This document shows, one piece after another, positions 51,431-63,290 of a DNA stretch of 64,000 nt (its first letter is position 1; each line of letters starts with the position of its first letter). Source of the stretch: Lama glama (Eukaryota); NCBI GenBank assembly GCA_028534125.1, contig CM052818.1, positions 24,244,001 to 24,308,000 on the forward strand, written 5' to 3'. The position numbers and the translations under genes were made by a program. The notes beneath the pieces were generated by a model. The model ran no database searches and was not told the DNA's origin. It saw nothing but the letters and a program-made list of their open reading frames with translations.

Positions 51431-52324
51431 CAACTGTTCTAAGCTATGTTTTATTTTTCTCTGCACTGCCCAGGTTTTTGCTTTCATTGAGTTGCTTAGT
51501 GGCCGATTTTAAATGTCTCAGGATGTTCCCTGGTTCCTTGATCTTGAAAAACAATACATGAAAATATAAGCATAATATGTATACAACATATGCCTGAAGA
51601 ACCCCTCTTAACAGGAAATAAGAGATTCTCTGATATAATTGCAAACTGGGTCAAACAAGAGCTTATGAGTAATTGCTGAGATAACTGACAAGAGGTCTGC
51701 TTACGGGCACGAGCCTGAGGCTGGGTCAGGTTGCTATCTCTGTGTGGTCTGGCCTCCTGCAATGTCACAGACAGTCTGTCTGTCATCACAGAGCAGGTGG
51801 CCAGGCGGGACTGTGGATGTGGATATGGTGACCGTGTCAGTTGCTAACCAGGGCCTGCACTGGAGATATGAGATGATCACTATTAAGTTGCAATTTACAC
51901 TGGACAGGGGCCAAAAAGTTTAATTTACCCAACAACCAAAATCCATCTTCTGCATAAGTCAGTCCCACGAGAGGGAACCATGTGCCTTTATTAATTTGTC
52001 TCCCACGAAGGACAAACTGCTCTAGCTGCTGGGGTCTGACTGGTCAAAAGGATAGACAGAGGCCCTGCGGTCTCGGATTTGACTTTCTTGATCATCTCTT
52101 TCGACCAGCTCACCTTTGTCAGGGTTACATTACCTAGGTGGGTTTCTTCCAGACTCAGAAAGGCCCTTAAACATTTGTAAATTCTCTGAAATTTCCAAGA
52201 AGAGTCCCCATTTTGATATTCTCTTAAATACCAATGTCTGATGGAGCTGCAGAATAGAAGCAGCATTGTGGCAGTGTAAGGGGATTTTTTTCACTGGTCT
52301 TGGCCACTAATTAGCTATTAGGCT

Positions 52325-52480
52325 TGTGGTTCTCAGCTCTGGCTGAACCTAGAACCAACCAGAGGACTTTAAAAAAAAAAGGCTATTGCTCTTCAGACCA
52401 GTGGAATCTCCAGGCATGGGCCTGGGCATCAGTATTATTTTGATACCACACAACTGACCTTTATGCGGGGCCAGGGTTGG
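52325..52480. mobile_element. MER5-like remnant
   Basis: gtggttctcagctctggctg ... cagaccagtggaatctccaggcatgggcctgggcatcagtatt ... gccagggttg. Confidence 0.55.
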
Positions 52481-53309
52481 GCAAATCTTTGTACTTTCTC
52501 AATCTGTCAAATGAGGATACTCCTAATTCCCTCATGAGTTCATAAGGATTTCTTATGGAAAATTTAGGTCGTTGATGTGATGGTATAATTTTAGTCTCTA
52601 CATAAAAAACATTGATTTTGGTCTACAGGCTCAAATTCTTTAACAAATGCAAAGAGAGCTAGGCTTTTGGGTGTGACAGGATCATATTTTCAATGAGAGG
52701 GAAGATAGAATGTAGTTTCTGAACTTTTCTTACTTGTAATTGCCAAGGACTCTTTTGGTAATGCTATGGAAGACGCTGAATTTTTTTAAAGAGACAAGAA
52801 CATATCGTTTCATTATTTCCAGACACTTCCAGGGGCAGCAGAATCAGCATCATTGAAACCATGGATTAAGACACCCATAAATTCAGTCCCTTTACCCCTT
52901 AGGTATCTTGGTTATGATTATTTTCAAGGGTTACTGTCTGGGCACTGTGGTCACCACAAAAAAACTGGCAGTTCTCAGAAGATGATAATCAGTGGCCAGC
53001 AACGGAAGATGCGTCAGGGAGCTGTATATCATAGACAATGTCTTAGAAAAGAGATTTATTGGAAAAGCTGAAGTACAGTCTCTCAGGGATATTGCTTCAG
53101 AACTAGATTGTGAGGAACAATCGTCTGGTACAGAGGACCCTGGGGAGTTCTTGAGTCCCTGCTGATAGAGTCCTTGACTCAATGTTGAGGAAAGTTTATG
53201 CAAATTTACTGAAAAAGTTTATGTCCTCTCAGATAAGGCCCCGTTAATGAAATTAACATGACAACCCAATTCTTCCTTGTAGCAGTATTTGTTTAAAATG
53301 TCTCTGTCA

Positions 53310-53443
53310 GAGGGGGAAGGATATAGCGCAATGGTAGAGCACATGCTTAGCATGCATGGGGGTCTGTGTTCAACCCCAGTGCCTCCACTAAAATAAATAA
53401 ATAAGTAAACCTAATGGCCTCCCGCCCAAATAAAAAAAAAATT
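53310..53443 (+). mobile_element. Camelid vic-1-type SINE
   Basis: ggatatagcgcaatggtagagcacatgcttagcatgca ... aaacctaat ... A-tail; TSD-like aatgtctct at 53297-53305 and 53444-53452. Confidence 0.88.
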
Positions 53444-53824
53444 AATGTCTCTATTGAAAATTAAACCCTTGGATTATTATAGAGAGCAGATCAAGTTGAT
53501 ACCCAGACGTAAAGGAAAAGAAACCGTGATCCAGCCAGAATGTGGTGCCCCCTTTATCGATCATGTGACCACACTCTGCACAATCAGAAAGTGCACAAGC
53601 AGCTTCTCTCATTACAGAGAGAGGAAGTTCTCTCCTACCATAGAGGCATCCACGTCCCTGGATTATTCACTGTACAAGATGCCGTATAACAAAAGCCGTG
53701 GCATAATCATTACCAGTAATGAGATGGTCTGATTATTTGAACCTAATTAATAGGAAACTTTTTTACTTTATGGATATCATTTTAATAGAAATTTACCAAT
53801 AATCATAATAACAACACAACACCA

Positions 53825-54040
53825 TTGATTAACTACTATGATCAGGAACTATGTCATGCACATTATATACATTTTATCCTTTCCATAACTCCTTGAAGGA
53901 GATTTATGATTTAGGTTTTCCAGACACAGATATAGGGACACACAGAGGTTAAAACACTTCCCCAGATTACAGTCAGGGCAGAAATGGAAAATGAAAGTGT
54001 CAGGATTTTGCAGAAGCCCAACCCTTGACTCTAAGTGAAT
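53825..54040 (-). mobile_element. MIR remnant
   Basis: ttgattaactactatg ... acacagaggttaaaacacttcccagattaca ... tgactctaag. Confidence 0.5.
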
Positions 54041-56152
54041 CAAATGCAGAAGTGCAAGCCTTTGATGTCCAAAGACTGTGACAAATTCAGAGGAAGTAGG
54101 TGACTTGACAGTGGTGGAGCACTGGAGAAAGACAGGTTATAATTGTACCTCTACCAGGAAGGCTTCTTCCCACCTAACGACAGGGGTCACTTACTGGTTG
54201 GGGTTCAAGCATGGTGTTCAACTAGGCAAAACGAAACAGACAAGTAAAAGTTTAACTGCAAGGGGCAAGACCCCAGGGAGGAGGGACAATAGCACCTAGA
54301 AGTCACCAAGTATCCCCACATCACCCTTGAAGCAAAAAAGCCTGAATCCAATCAGCAGCGAAGAAAACCTGGTGGGGTGGTTCACCTGGGGTTTGTAGGT
54401 GTGGGGGAAATGGCTAATGCTAAGCTCCTCTCTCTTGCTGGCCAGGCTGCAGATCCTGTCATGTTTTTTACTTATGTAGAAATCAGTATCAGACTGATAC
54501 CGTGAGTGAACAGATAGGTGAGTGGTGAAGACGGGCAGGATAAGGAATGAGGTGGGGAGTACCTGCACCTATTTTAACACGCTGAAGAAGCAGCTCCAAG
54601 CACAACAACAACAAGAACCAGTGATGGCATCTGACCTAAGTAACTCAAAGAACTAAAGTGAAAGGAATTACTACGAAGTACTTGTTTCCCCTCTGATGAA
54701 AAAGTATTGGCTGTTCCAGTAAAATGTTAAATACTAAAAATAAAACTGGGGGGGCCCCTGATGGTATGTCTAATTTTTCCATAGGCTGGATTAAAAAAAA
54801 AAAAGTAAGGCCTAATTCACAACGTGTACATTTGGTTTGAAAATGAGTTTGCTAAAAGATCCCCTGAAGGTTTGCAAGGAAATAGCTCATGAAAATCAGA
54901 ATCATCTTCAAAACAGAACAAATCTTAGTGATGACATCCCTATGGAGTCTCCAAAGTGGTCATGCCAAACTGCTTTGGAGAGGTAACAGCGGAGACCCAC
55001 AGCTATTCTTAAGCCCAAAGGAAAGAATGGCAATCAATATGTAAGAAGACAATTAAGCAATAGTATTGCCATTGGGATGTACATTACCACCTTCCTCCCT
55101 AGGATATTTCTTCTTTCCAAAGCCACAGCCTGTAACGGCCTACATCCTTACCTTTGGGCCAGTGATGTAGCCTTTGATAATTCTTGCAATAAAAATCCAG
55201 TCATGTATGACCTTTACAAGGGAGCAAAAGGTTTGATTTGCCTTGGGGCCCAGGAACCCATATAAAAATGCCTTTAATGGGAAATGAAAGGAAAAAGAAA
55301 TGGGGCTCAGAAATTGAGCCAAATCAAAAATGGTTCCAAATCACTAGGCACTAGGCTGATTTTTAATGGTTCTAGGTAAGAGAACTATTTAATATCAATT
55401 TTCCCCCCAAATATTCATATTAACCTAAATATCAGTCTAAATTGGCGGGGGTGGGAGTGGGGAAGAATAAAGAGAACCAAGATGTTGTGTTCATGCCTTC
55501 TTAGCTGCTGACAAGATGGACTTTGGGCACCACTGGAATATAGACATTGAAGAACAGGGCTTTTATCACCACATGTCCCAAGCATCCTTACTCTTTCAAG
55601 AGAATCTAAGCTTTCACTTAGTTGGACATAATAGCAATAACAGGCCTCACCCTTTCAATAAAATCTATTGCGATGAGATGCAGTCCACTCACAGTTTCAT
55701 TTGGCACTTCCATCTAGTCCCTTCAGTTAGCTTTGTCCTATTTTCTATGGGTGGAGTCTAGTTATGTACTTTTCTCAATGTCACTTACAAAGCAGCCACT
55801 TTTCTCTCCAAGCCCCTTTCCTTGAGTGTAAGCCAAATGTCTGCCTCTCACACTTTCTTGAAGTCAGGACCTAAGTAATTTTTGGCTGAGGATATATGCT
55901 AACAGAGACATGGAGACCTTCTGCGTCTCCCGACATGTCATTCTGTTCACACCCACTAGTCAGTGCAGTCTAACAAAACGTTTGCATGGAGAGCGGCTTC
56001 CAAAGAAATTTAACGCATCGAGGGGGAAAGGAAAATGTTCTTAGGGAAGAAAGAATCTGGGAATATACAAGACAAGAAGAAGTTTTAAGTTTCCTCCATC
56101 AAGCTGTGTCCTCAACCACTAGCAAGGGGTGGCAGACCCCTGCTAATTAAAG

Positions 56153-56467
56153 AGCAGTCCTCATTCAGGCAGCACCACCACCACTCCAGATTTTACTAGA
56201 AATGCAGATCCCAAGCCTGCTTCAGATCTACTGCAATCCCTTGGTGATTCATATGGATGTTCATGTTTGAGGAGCATTGACCTAGAATATGGTTCTCAGC
56301 TTTGGTTACCGGTAGGCATCAACCAGGGAAACTTCAAAATAATTACCGATAACTGGGTCCCACCCCCAGAGATTCCAAGCTACTCTATCTGGGGTGTGGC
56401 CTAAGCACTGGGATTCTAAAAAGCTCCCCAGGAGATTCTGAAGTGCAGTCAGGGTTGAGAGTCACTG
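56153..56467. mobile_element. Two adjacent MER5-type elements (MER5B-like, then MER5A/A1-like)
   Basis: First: cagcaccacc ... tagaaatgcagat ... ggtgattcatatg ... gtttgaggagcattg. Second: tggttctcagc ... gggtcccacccccagagattc ... aagctccccaggagattctgaagtgcagtcagggttgagagtcactg. Confidence 0.7.
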
Positions 56468-56691
56468 GCCAAGAGGCAGAGGAGGGCTACTTTCTCCGCC
56501 GGTCCCTCTACCTCCTTTGCCTCATAGTCAAACGGTGGGCTTCCCGGAGTCAGAAACTGTTTTCCTGTGGTCTGGCTGCCCCACAGCTGCACTGTAAGTA
56601 CCTGGGGGAGAACTCTACTAAGAAACTTACTTTCCGTCTAATGCGCTGGTGTCCCTGCCACTCTCATCCCCCACACATTAGCTAACCACAC

Positions 56692-56843
56692 CAGTGGCGA
56701 ACGTCAATTCAGGCTTTAAAAATATACACTTGGAGCCCGGCATGAGGAGTGCATCAGCGTCTCGAGATGGGACGCTCAAATCTGTATTTTTAACTAGCTT
56801 CCCAGGTGCGTCTGATTTGCAGCCGGGTTTGTGAACTCCACAG
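56692..56843. mobile_element. MER5-like remnant
   Basis: aatctgtatttttaactagcttcccaggtg ... tctgatttgcagccgggtttgtgaactcc. Confidence 0.5.
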
Positions 56844-57858
56844 CGGGTCTAGCCTTTCATCCTGCCAAGTCATTAAGGATTCGTAAGGATGAATGAGCTG
56901 TCAAGAGAGCAAGGGCCTGGTGCAGTGCTCCTTTATTAATTATGGGGAAGTGATGTATTGGCAATGATAATGCTTCTCTTGGAAAGGGTAATGAATGGTT
57001 CGTCGATTGCTGCATTAGATCTTCCCCAACTTAACCTTAATGCTCAGCTTTTACTCCCCTCTGTAGTTTTAAAAGCTGCAGGGCTTTCATATTAAACAGC
57101 CTCTTGGTCTTTATTCCCAGGTGAACCGCAATCTTGGAGGGAAGCACCAAAGAGAGAATCTATCCGAGTTCTTGGCTGGGGATACCCCCTCCCCGCCCCC
57201 ATATCTTTATCTGCTTGTGTCAGCTGCTACTAGCTAACGTGTAGGAAAAACACGGAGTGAGGGTTTCAGAGAAAATCTTTGATCTCAGCCCAGATCCCTT
57301 TGCTAAAAGAGAGCTTCCTTTAGCAAAGGGATAGAAAGTGGAGGAAGAGAGATATATCCGGATGAACAATTTCAGAGGTGAGAAACGGGTAGGCGAGCCT
57401 GGGTTGGGGTCCTGTCCGTGGGTGAGGCCAGGAAGGTTGCAAAGAAAAGTTGCAGCGCGGGTCTGCGCGTGTCATCGATGGGCTGGGCGCGGGAGAGAGC
57501 GCTAGCGCGCAGGCAGAACGCACTGCGGGGCCGCGAGCCGGGAGGACAGCGAAAAATCTCCCCGGCGGCCGAAGCTGGGAGGCTGCAAGGGCTTCCCCAT
57601 CCGGCCAGAGCTCCAGAAACGCGCCGGCTCCCCTGGCCGGCAGTGGCCGAGGGCGCGGGGTTTGGGGGAACCCGGCAGCCCGGGCGGCGGCGGGCCGGAG
57701 CGCGCGTGTGAGCCAGTGCGAGGCTGCGGGCGGCGGGCGGGCGAGTGTGCGCGGGAGGGAGTGGGGAGAGGGAGGGGGAGCGCGCGCGCCGCCCGGGCCC
57801 CGGCCCTCCCAGCCTCCCGGCCTCCGCGCTGCCTCCCGCCCGCGCGCACCGGCTGCCC

Positions 57859-57885
57859 GCCGCCGCCGCCGCCGCTGCCGCCGCT
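57859..57885 (+). repeat. (GCC)5 GCT (GCC)2 GCT trinucleotide repeat
   Basis: Directly visible. Confidence 0.95.
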
Positions 57886-57950
57886 CCTGCTCGCGCCGGC
57901 GCTGCACGGGAGCCTGCCCGCCACCGCCTGCTTTGTGCTTCCTCCCGAAG

Positions 57951-57986
57951 ATGGGAGCGACCTCTCCCTGCTCGGGAGCTATTTAA
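57951..57986 (+). other. Candidate upstream ORF MGATSPCSGAI*
   Basis: aagATGG has a strong Kozak context (A at -3, G at +4); TAA at 57984-57986. Confidence 0.4.
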
Positions 57987-59480
57987 AAGGAGGGAGTGCG
58001 CTGTATTTCCTCCTAGCGTGGAGGAACAGGGGAAAGGATCCAGCCACACTGCCCCCAGACCAGGTAGGATCTTCTGATGGACAGCAGGAGGGATTTGGTC
58101 AGATACCGCCAACTATTTTCCGTTTGTGGTTCAGAAGGCTGCACTTCCCTCCGCTTTGGCAAGGGACTGGCTCCTAAATTGTGTGTGTGTAGGTGTGTGT
58201 CTCCCTACCCATTTTCTGGGGTGTCCGTGCTTCTCGGGGAGTGAAATTGCTCGGGCTGGTGCGTCTGGGCGTTGAGTGTGCCCGCCTGCCAGTGCCGGCT
58301 GCTGGAGGAAGAAAGGGCTGCTAAGGAGAGATGCTGCACCCTGCACCGCGCTGGGCTTGAGGATCCAGGGCGCGAAGAGCTAAGTCCACCCGGAATGCAG
58401 CGCTGCTGGGGATCCAGGCGTCCCCACCCACTGGGCTTGCTCCGCGGTCAGATCCCTGGGGTCTTCCCCAAGGCCACACTCGCGAATCTCCGTTTTTCTA
58501 GCCAGCCTTGGGTGCTTCTTCGGCGCTGACTGCGGAGAGGAGGGAGGTGTGGCCGGGGCGGGGGGACAGGCAAGGGAGAGATGCAGTGGGGGAGTGGGCT
58601 GAAGGGTCCGAGTCTCTGGGCACTCCGCCCGCGTGTGCGTTGGGGATTCTGCACGCACAGGCATCTTTCCCTAAGAGATTCGAAGGCAACTTTACCGATG
58701 CATTATCCGCCTCTGGAGCTTTGCTGGCTCTTGGGGAAATGGTCTGTGTTCTGAGATGTGAGGATATCCTTGGCTCCTCCTTAATGAAGAAGAGGGAGGT
58801 CTTACGGGTGGACAATCGGCTAGAGAAGCCAAATCTGCCCAGGCAATGCTTTTAAAAATACAGTATGTGTGCATCCTTGATTTTTTTTTTAAAATCCCCC
58901 TTCCCTCATGGAGTCTGTTGACTGATGAATGGCTTGGGCTGGCAATTCGTATTTCCCTCTCCAGACAAAGTGGCAACGGTTGGATTGAGAGCAGAGTCAT
59001 CAAATTTAACCAAGAATTTTTTGAAGAAAGCAGTGTGCATGGTGTCCGCAGTCATTGGAAAGAAAGTCAGGCTTTGCACTAGGTATTTGTTTAACCCCCC
59101 CTTTGCCTGGCTCCCTTGCTGGCGCTATCTCTCTACTGCTAGTCAGCCACTAGTGGTTGTGAATATAACAATACAAACTTTGTCCTGCTGGAGGTGTAAA
59201 GACTAAAAAGAAAGGGGGAAAAAAGGGTATCAGTAGGTGTAGTGGAAGAAGCTTTTTTGAAAATGACAGATGTGGTAAAGACAGTAGCGGCATCTCTGTC
59301 ATGGAGGAGCTGGCGGAGTAGGTGGAGATTCTGATCAGATCTGGTTAAAGGCGTAGCTTGAGTATCTCCCAATATGAGCAATTGAACATCACAATCCAGC
59401 ATCTGTGTGCAGATCTCCTAAGTGAAATGGGGAGCAACCAGGAGGGGATTCTGAAAGTATACGTCCCACCCACGCCCCTC

Positions 59481-59481
<1 letters not shown>

Positions 59482-59511
<30 letters not shown>
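59482..59511 (+). repeat. (AC)15 microsatellite followed by a CT-rich tract
   Basis: Directly visible. Confidence 0.97.
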
Positions 59512-59514
<3 letters not shown>

Positions 59515-61623
59515 TCACACTCACTTTTTTCTCTCTCTCTGTCTGTCTCTCAGAGCTACTCCTGCAGCAAGTCAGGAAAGGAAGGAGGAAAATATAGCTA
59601 GATGTTCCATTCATTTCAGAAAAGAAAACAAAGCTGGAATGGGAATGGTTGCTTTTAGGTTCCTCTTTCAAATCCTGTGTTACTTGGATTTAGCTCTATG
59701 GGTTTGCTAAACTTGCTTCATTGGGAGGTTAGGTCGGTGTGGGAAAAAAAAAGAAGGAAGGAAAGGAGAGGTCACTCCATCTTTGGGGCCTTGTGAGTGA
59801 GAAGGTGAGGGAAGACCCACTTACTTCATTAAAAGCAAGATGTGTTTTCTTACGTGGGTTTCGTTTTCCGGATTCTGCCTGCTTGAAGGATTCCATTTGG
59901 ATCTAAGGGCTCTTTAGCTGATATTTCTCCCATCTATTAAAAAAGGAACCCTGATTTTTTCCTCCCAAAATGGCTCTTTTATTAAATATGGAATGATTGA
60001 TTCCTAGGGAAAAAGAAAAGAACTGGACAGAGGTAAACAATTGTTGACTATGGAGCTGTGCAGTGACAGCAAAGAATGTATGTGTCCCTGACAATCAGAC
60101 TTGGTTTACTCTGTCTTGAAAGCCTAGCAGGGCTGGAAAAGGAGTGTGATGAATTAAAAGAATATGAAAGCTGTGCTTTATATCTGTGTCTTTCTGTGTA
60201 TCTATCTACCTGTCTACCTCCTGTCTGTCTTTCTATTTATCTTTACTATTTAATGGTTGCTACTGTATCATTTTGGTTTAAAAACTAGATAACCCTTTTG
60301 TTGACCATGAAAGGGAAGAAAAATATATAACCCTAGCAGTGTTTTAACTCCAAGTGAAATTACAGGAGGAAGATGAAGTTTTGTCAGTAATATCTACGAG
60401 ACTGTTTGCAGGAATTACATTAATTGCTCTTCCCAACTTACTATGTTTTGAAAAAAACAATATTCGAGCGCTTCAGCATTTTGTTAGCAAGCTATATTTA
60501 ACACCTTTTTTTATCAGACAAAAATAGACTTTTACTTGTCTTGCAAAGTAAATGCATGGTTCCTTCCTTCTAAGTACTTAATCTGTTTCTTTGACAAAAT
60601 AAATGATGAGAAGAGCCCTAGAGATCCAGTGAAGTTAGTTGCATTTCCCCTTTAAAGCAAGTTAAAGCTTTCATTGAGCTCATAGATGGGATTCTCCCAG
60701 AGTAAGTGCATTTTAGGACTGTACCATCTGATCTTCATGTTCCAGACCAATACCAGGAGCCCCTTCTCCATGATGGCTTCAGGTAGAGGGAGAAAAGCCT
60801 GTAGGTGAGAAGCAAGCCAAGCCATCTGCCCCATCAGCATGGAAAGAAACAAGATCCAAACTGAAACAGAAATTAAATCTGGAAAAAGAAATACACAAGT
60901 AAAAGAGGTTAGTAGAGCCCGTATCTCGCATGTTTGATAATTTGGCAGTGTGTATGTATGTTGCTTTTCACTAAAAATTAAATTGGTGATTTACATTTGC
61001 TAAGAACTTAAGAATAGATTATGCTGAGATCTCTTGTCTTTCAGAGGCTTTCATCCTCTTTTTTTTTTCCCCTCTAAGGGGTAAATGTCTCTTGTCAAAA
61101 CACCTTCTAGTATTGTCCGTATCTCATAATTAGACCCCTCATCATAACCTCTACCAAATAGGCTCCCAACTGATCAGATTCTCCTGCTCCCTCTTGTGGC
61201 AAATGTTCTTCCCGACTCTCCCTAGATTTCAGAGCCTGCTTCCTCAGCTTCCTGTCACTTCGCTTCTAATTGTCAGTGGTAATTGGGGCTCGCGAAGCCA
61301 GTAGGTCGTGGAACTAGCTGTTTCCAATTTTCGCCATGAACAAAGGGATGCCTATTCCCTGGAGACGTACCTGAAATTTAGTAGAAGTCAACGTAGGGTG
61401 TTCCCTGACTTAACTGAGATGGACTAGGTTCTGGGAAAGTGAGCTTTGTGAGTCTTGCCTCTGAGATTTTGATTTGGACTCAGGGCTAGTCCAGTGGGGC
61501 TTCATTAAGTGCAGTGGGATTATTTTCAGTTTTCTTTGTTTCTCTTCCAAAAAATAGCTCTCTGTGTCTGTGTCTCTCCATATCTCTCTCTTCATGCCCA
61601 TCTCCCCCAGCCACTCACACATA

Positions 61624-61626
<3 letters not shown>

Positions 61627-61662
<36 letters not shown>
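61627..61662 (+). repeat. (AC)18 microsatellite
   Basis: Directly visible. Confidence 0.97.
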
Positions 61663-61666
<4 letters not shown>

Positions 61667-63084
61667 CAAAAGATATTTCATACAACACGTATTTTGAAGA
61701 CTTAAACTCATCAGTGATTAGGTTCTCAACAGAGCTTGTAAATCAAGCAAATCGTTTTCTGAATCGGAGCCTCCTGAACTCCTCTTACTGGTACGTTTTC
61801 ATTACCAGCAGCTGAGAGTACAGATGAGGAGATCGGAGATCGGGCACCTTGTTCTAGTGTATTCACTCCACTCGGAGGACAGTTGCGCATAGCCCTTGCT
61901 ACCTCAAGTGTTTTTTGTAGACTTTCTTTGCTGACAACTCTGTATTAAACCCCAAGTGTTTTATGTCTGTGTTTTTGATTGTCCTTTGATCTTTGATCTG
62001 CACAGCCAAGAGAGTATAGTAAGTAACAGGGCAGACAGAGGTACATGAGAATCCCATTCTCTCTTTACCTAAAACTTCCTAGCCAATTCTAGAAGGAAGA
62101 CATGGAGGAGGAGAAAAGTCCTGATTGGCATCTGAAGTGAAGGACATGTGGTTGGTGGATCAAGGGCAAGTACATTATAGGCAGCTGTCTAGAAAGTGAT
62201 TTGAGAAGCACAGAACATCCCTGCGTTCAAAGCATTTATCCATCGGCCAATATATAGGATCAGAAATTCTCACTATTAGAGACATTTATTTGAATAAAGG
62301 AATTCTATCAAGTAGTTCCCCAAAAAGTGCAGTGGAATTGCCCAGGAAAGAGCTACCATTGATTCTCACAAACCATCAGCATTTCTTCACTTCTTAATGT
62401 GAATTGGCTTATCAGATCAGCTGGCAGACAGAAAAGTCCTGAAAGTCTGGGACTCAGAAAGATACAGAGGAAGTGGGAGATGTTTCAAAGTGGGTTGCTG
62501 CCCAGTTAGTGCCCCCAGAGGGTCCTTCTTTGGCGGAGGTGCCCCGGGGAACCCAACGGCCAGAGCCAGAAGAGGCAAAGATGGACTGCCACCCTGAAAT
62601 TTTACTTCTGGGGGCAGCAAATGTGACAAAACTTTGTTCTTTCTTGCAAATTTAGCCTATTTGAGCCTTCTGAGAAATGGGCAAAATATGTCCCCTGGTG
62701 TGAAAGGATGTCCTTGAAATCTTGAATGGCTTCTACTGTATCATTTTGAAATATTCATACCAGTAGCCTGGAAAGCTAGTGTGATACTCATTCAGACAAA
62801 ATGGTTTTTTTTTGCATATGTAATAGACCTAGAAAAAATAACTGTAAATATTAGAGTCCATCTTAATTTTTTAGAAAAGACAGAAAAAGTCATCACTTTG
62901 TAGATGTCATTGCATGTGGAGTCAGAATAATTTATAATTTCCTGGTTGACTCTAATGTGAGATGAAGTCAAACAGACAAATGGGTGATTCAGCAATTTAG
63001 TCCAACACAACCATGATATTTATTGAGTGCTCACTGTATGCAGGGCACAGTGCTGGGCGTTTCAGAGAATGCAGATGATGAAGA

Positions 63085-63290
63085 GGAGTTATTTGACATT
63101 TGCTGAACACCCATTATGTTCCAGACATCAGTCTAAGCACACTGTACATGTTTTCTCTTCCTTGCATGGAAGCATCCTGGTCCCAGTTGAAAGATAAAGA
63201 CCGTGGCTCAGTTAAAGAACTTGTCCAAAAGTGACTTGGTGGTGGTACCAGTTTTTGAGGGGGTTCCAAAGCCATTCTCTTTGCACCGTG
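63085..63290 (-). mobile_element. MIR remnant
   Basis: gacatttgctgaacacccattatgttccagacatcagtctaagcac ... ggctcagttaaagaacttgtccaa. Confidence 0.55.

Larger units (their letters stand above)
57720..58063 (+). other. Putative non-coding first exon (start approximate)
   Basis: GC-rich 5'UTR-like sequence ending at CCAG|GTAGGA (58063/58064); no long ATG-initiated ORF. Confidence 0.45.
57380..58700 (+). promoter_or_regulatory. CpG-island promoter of an unidentified gene, probably transcribed on +
   Basis: Very high GC/CpG in non-repeat sequence; GC boxes (gggcgg); G-rich tract at 57753-57779; GCC repeat followed by a + strand splice donor. Confidence 0.85.

Noticed and set aside
57700..58100. 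Assigning a gene symbol to the CpG-island exon
   Set aside because: No coding sequence is present and I do not reliably recognise the 5'UTR; a BLAST search is needed.
57320..58177. Overlapping 110-250 aa ORFs on both strands, including poly-Ala, poly-Pro and poly-Arg runs
   Set aside because: Extreme GC content makes stop codons rare, so several frames are open at once. The products are low-complexity with no recognisable domain.
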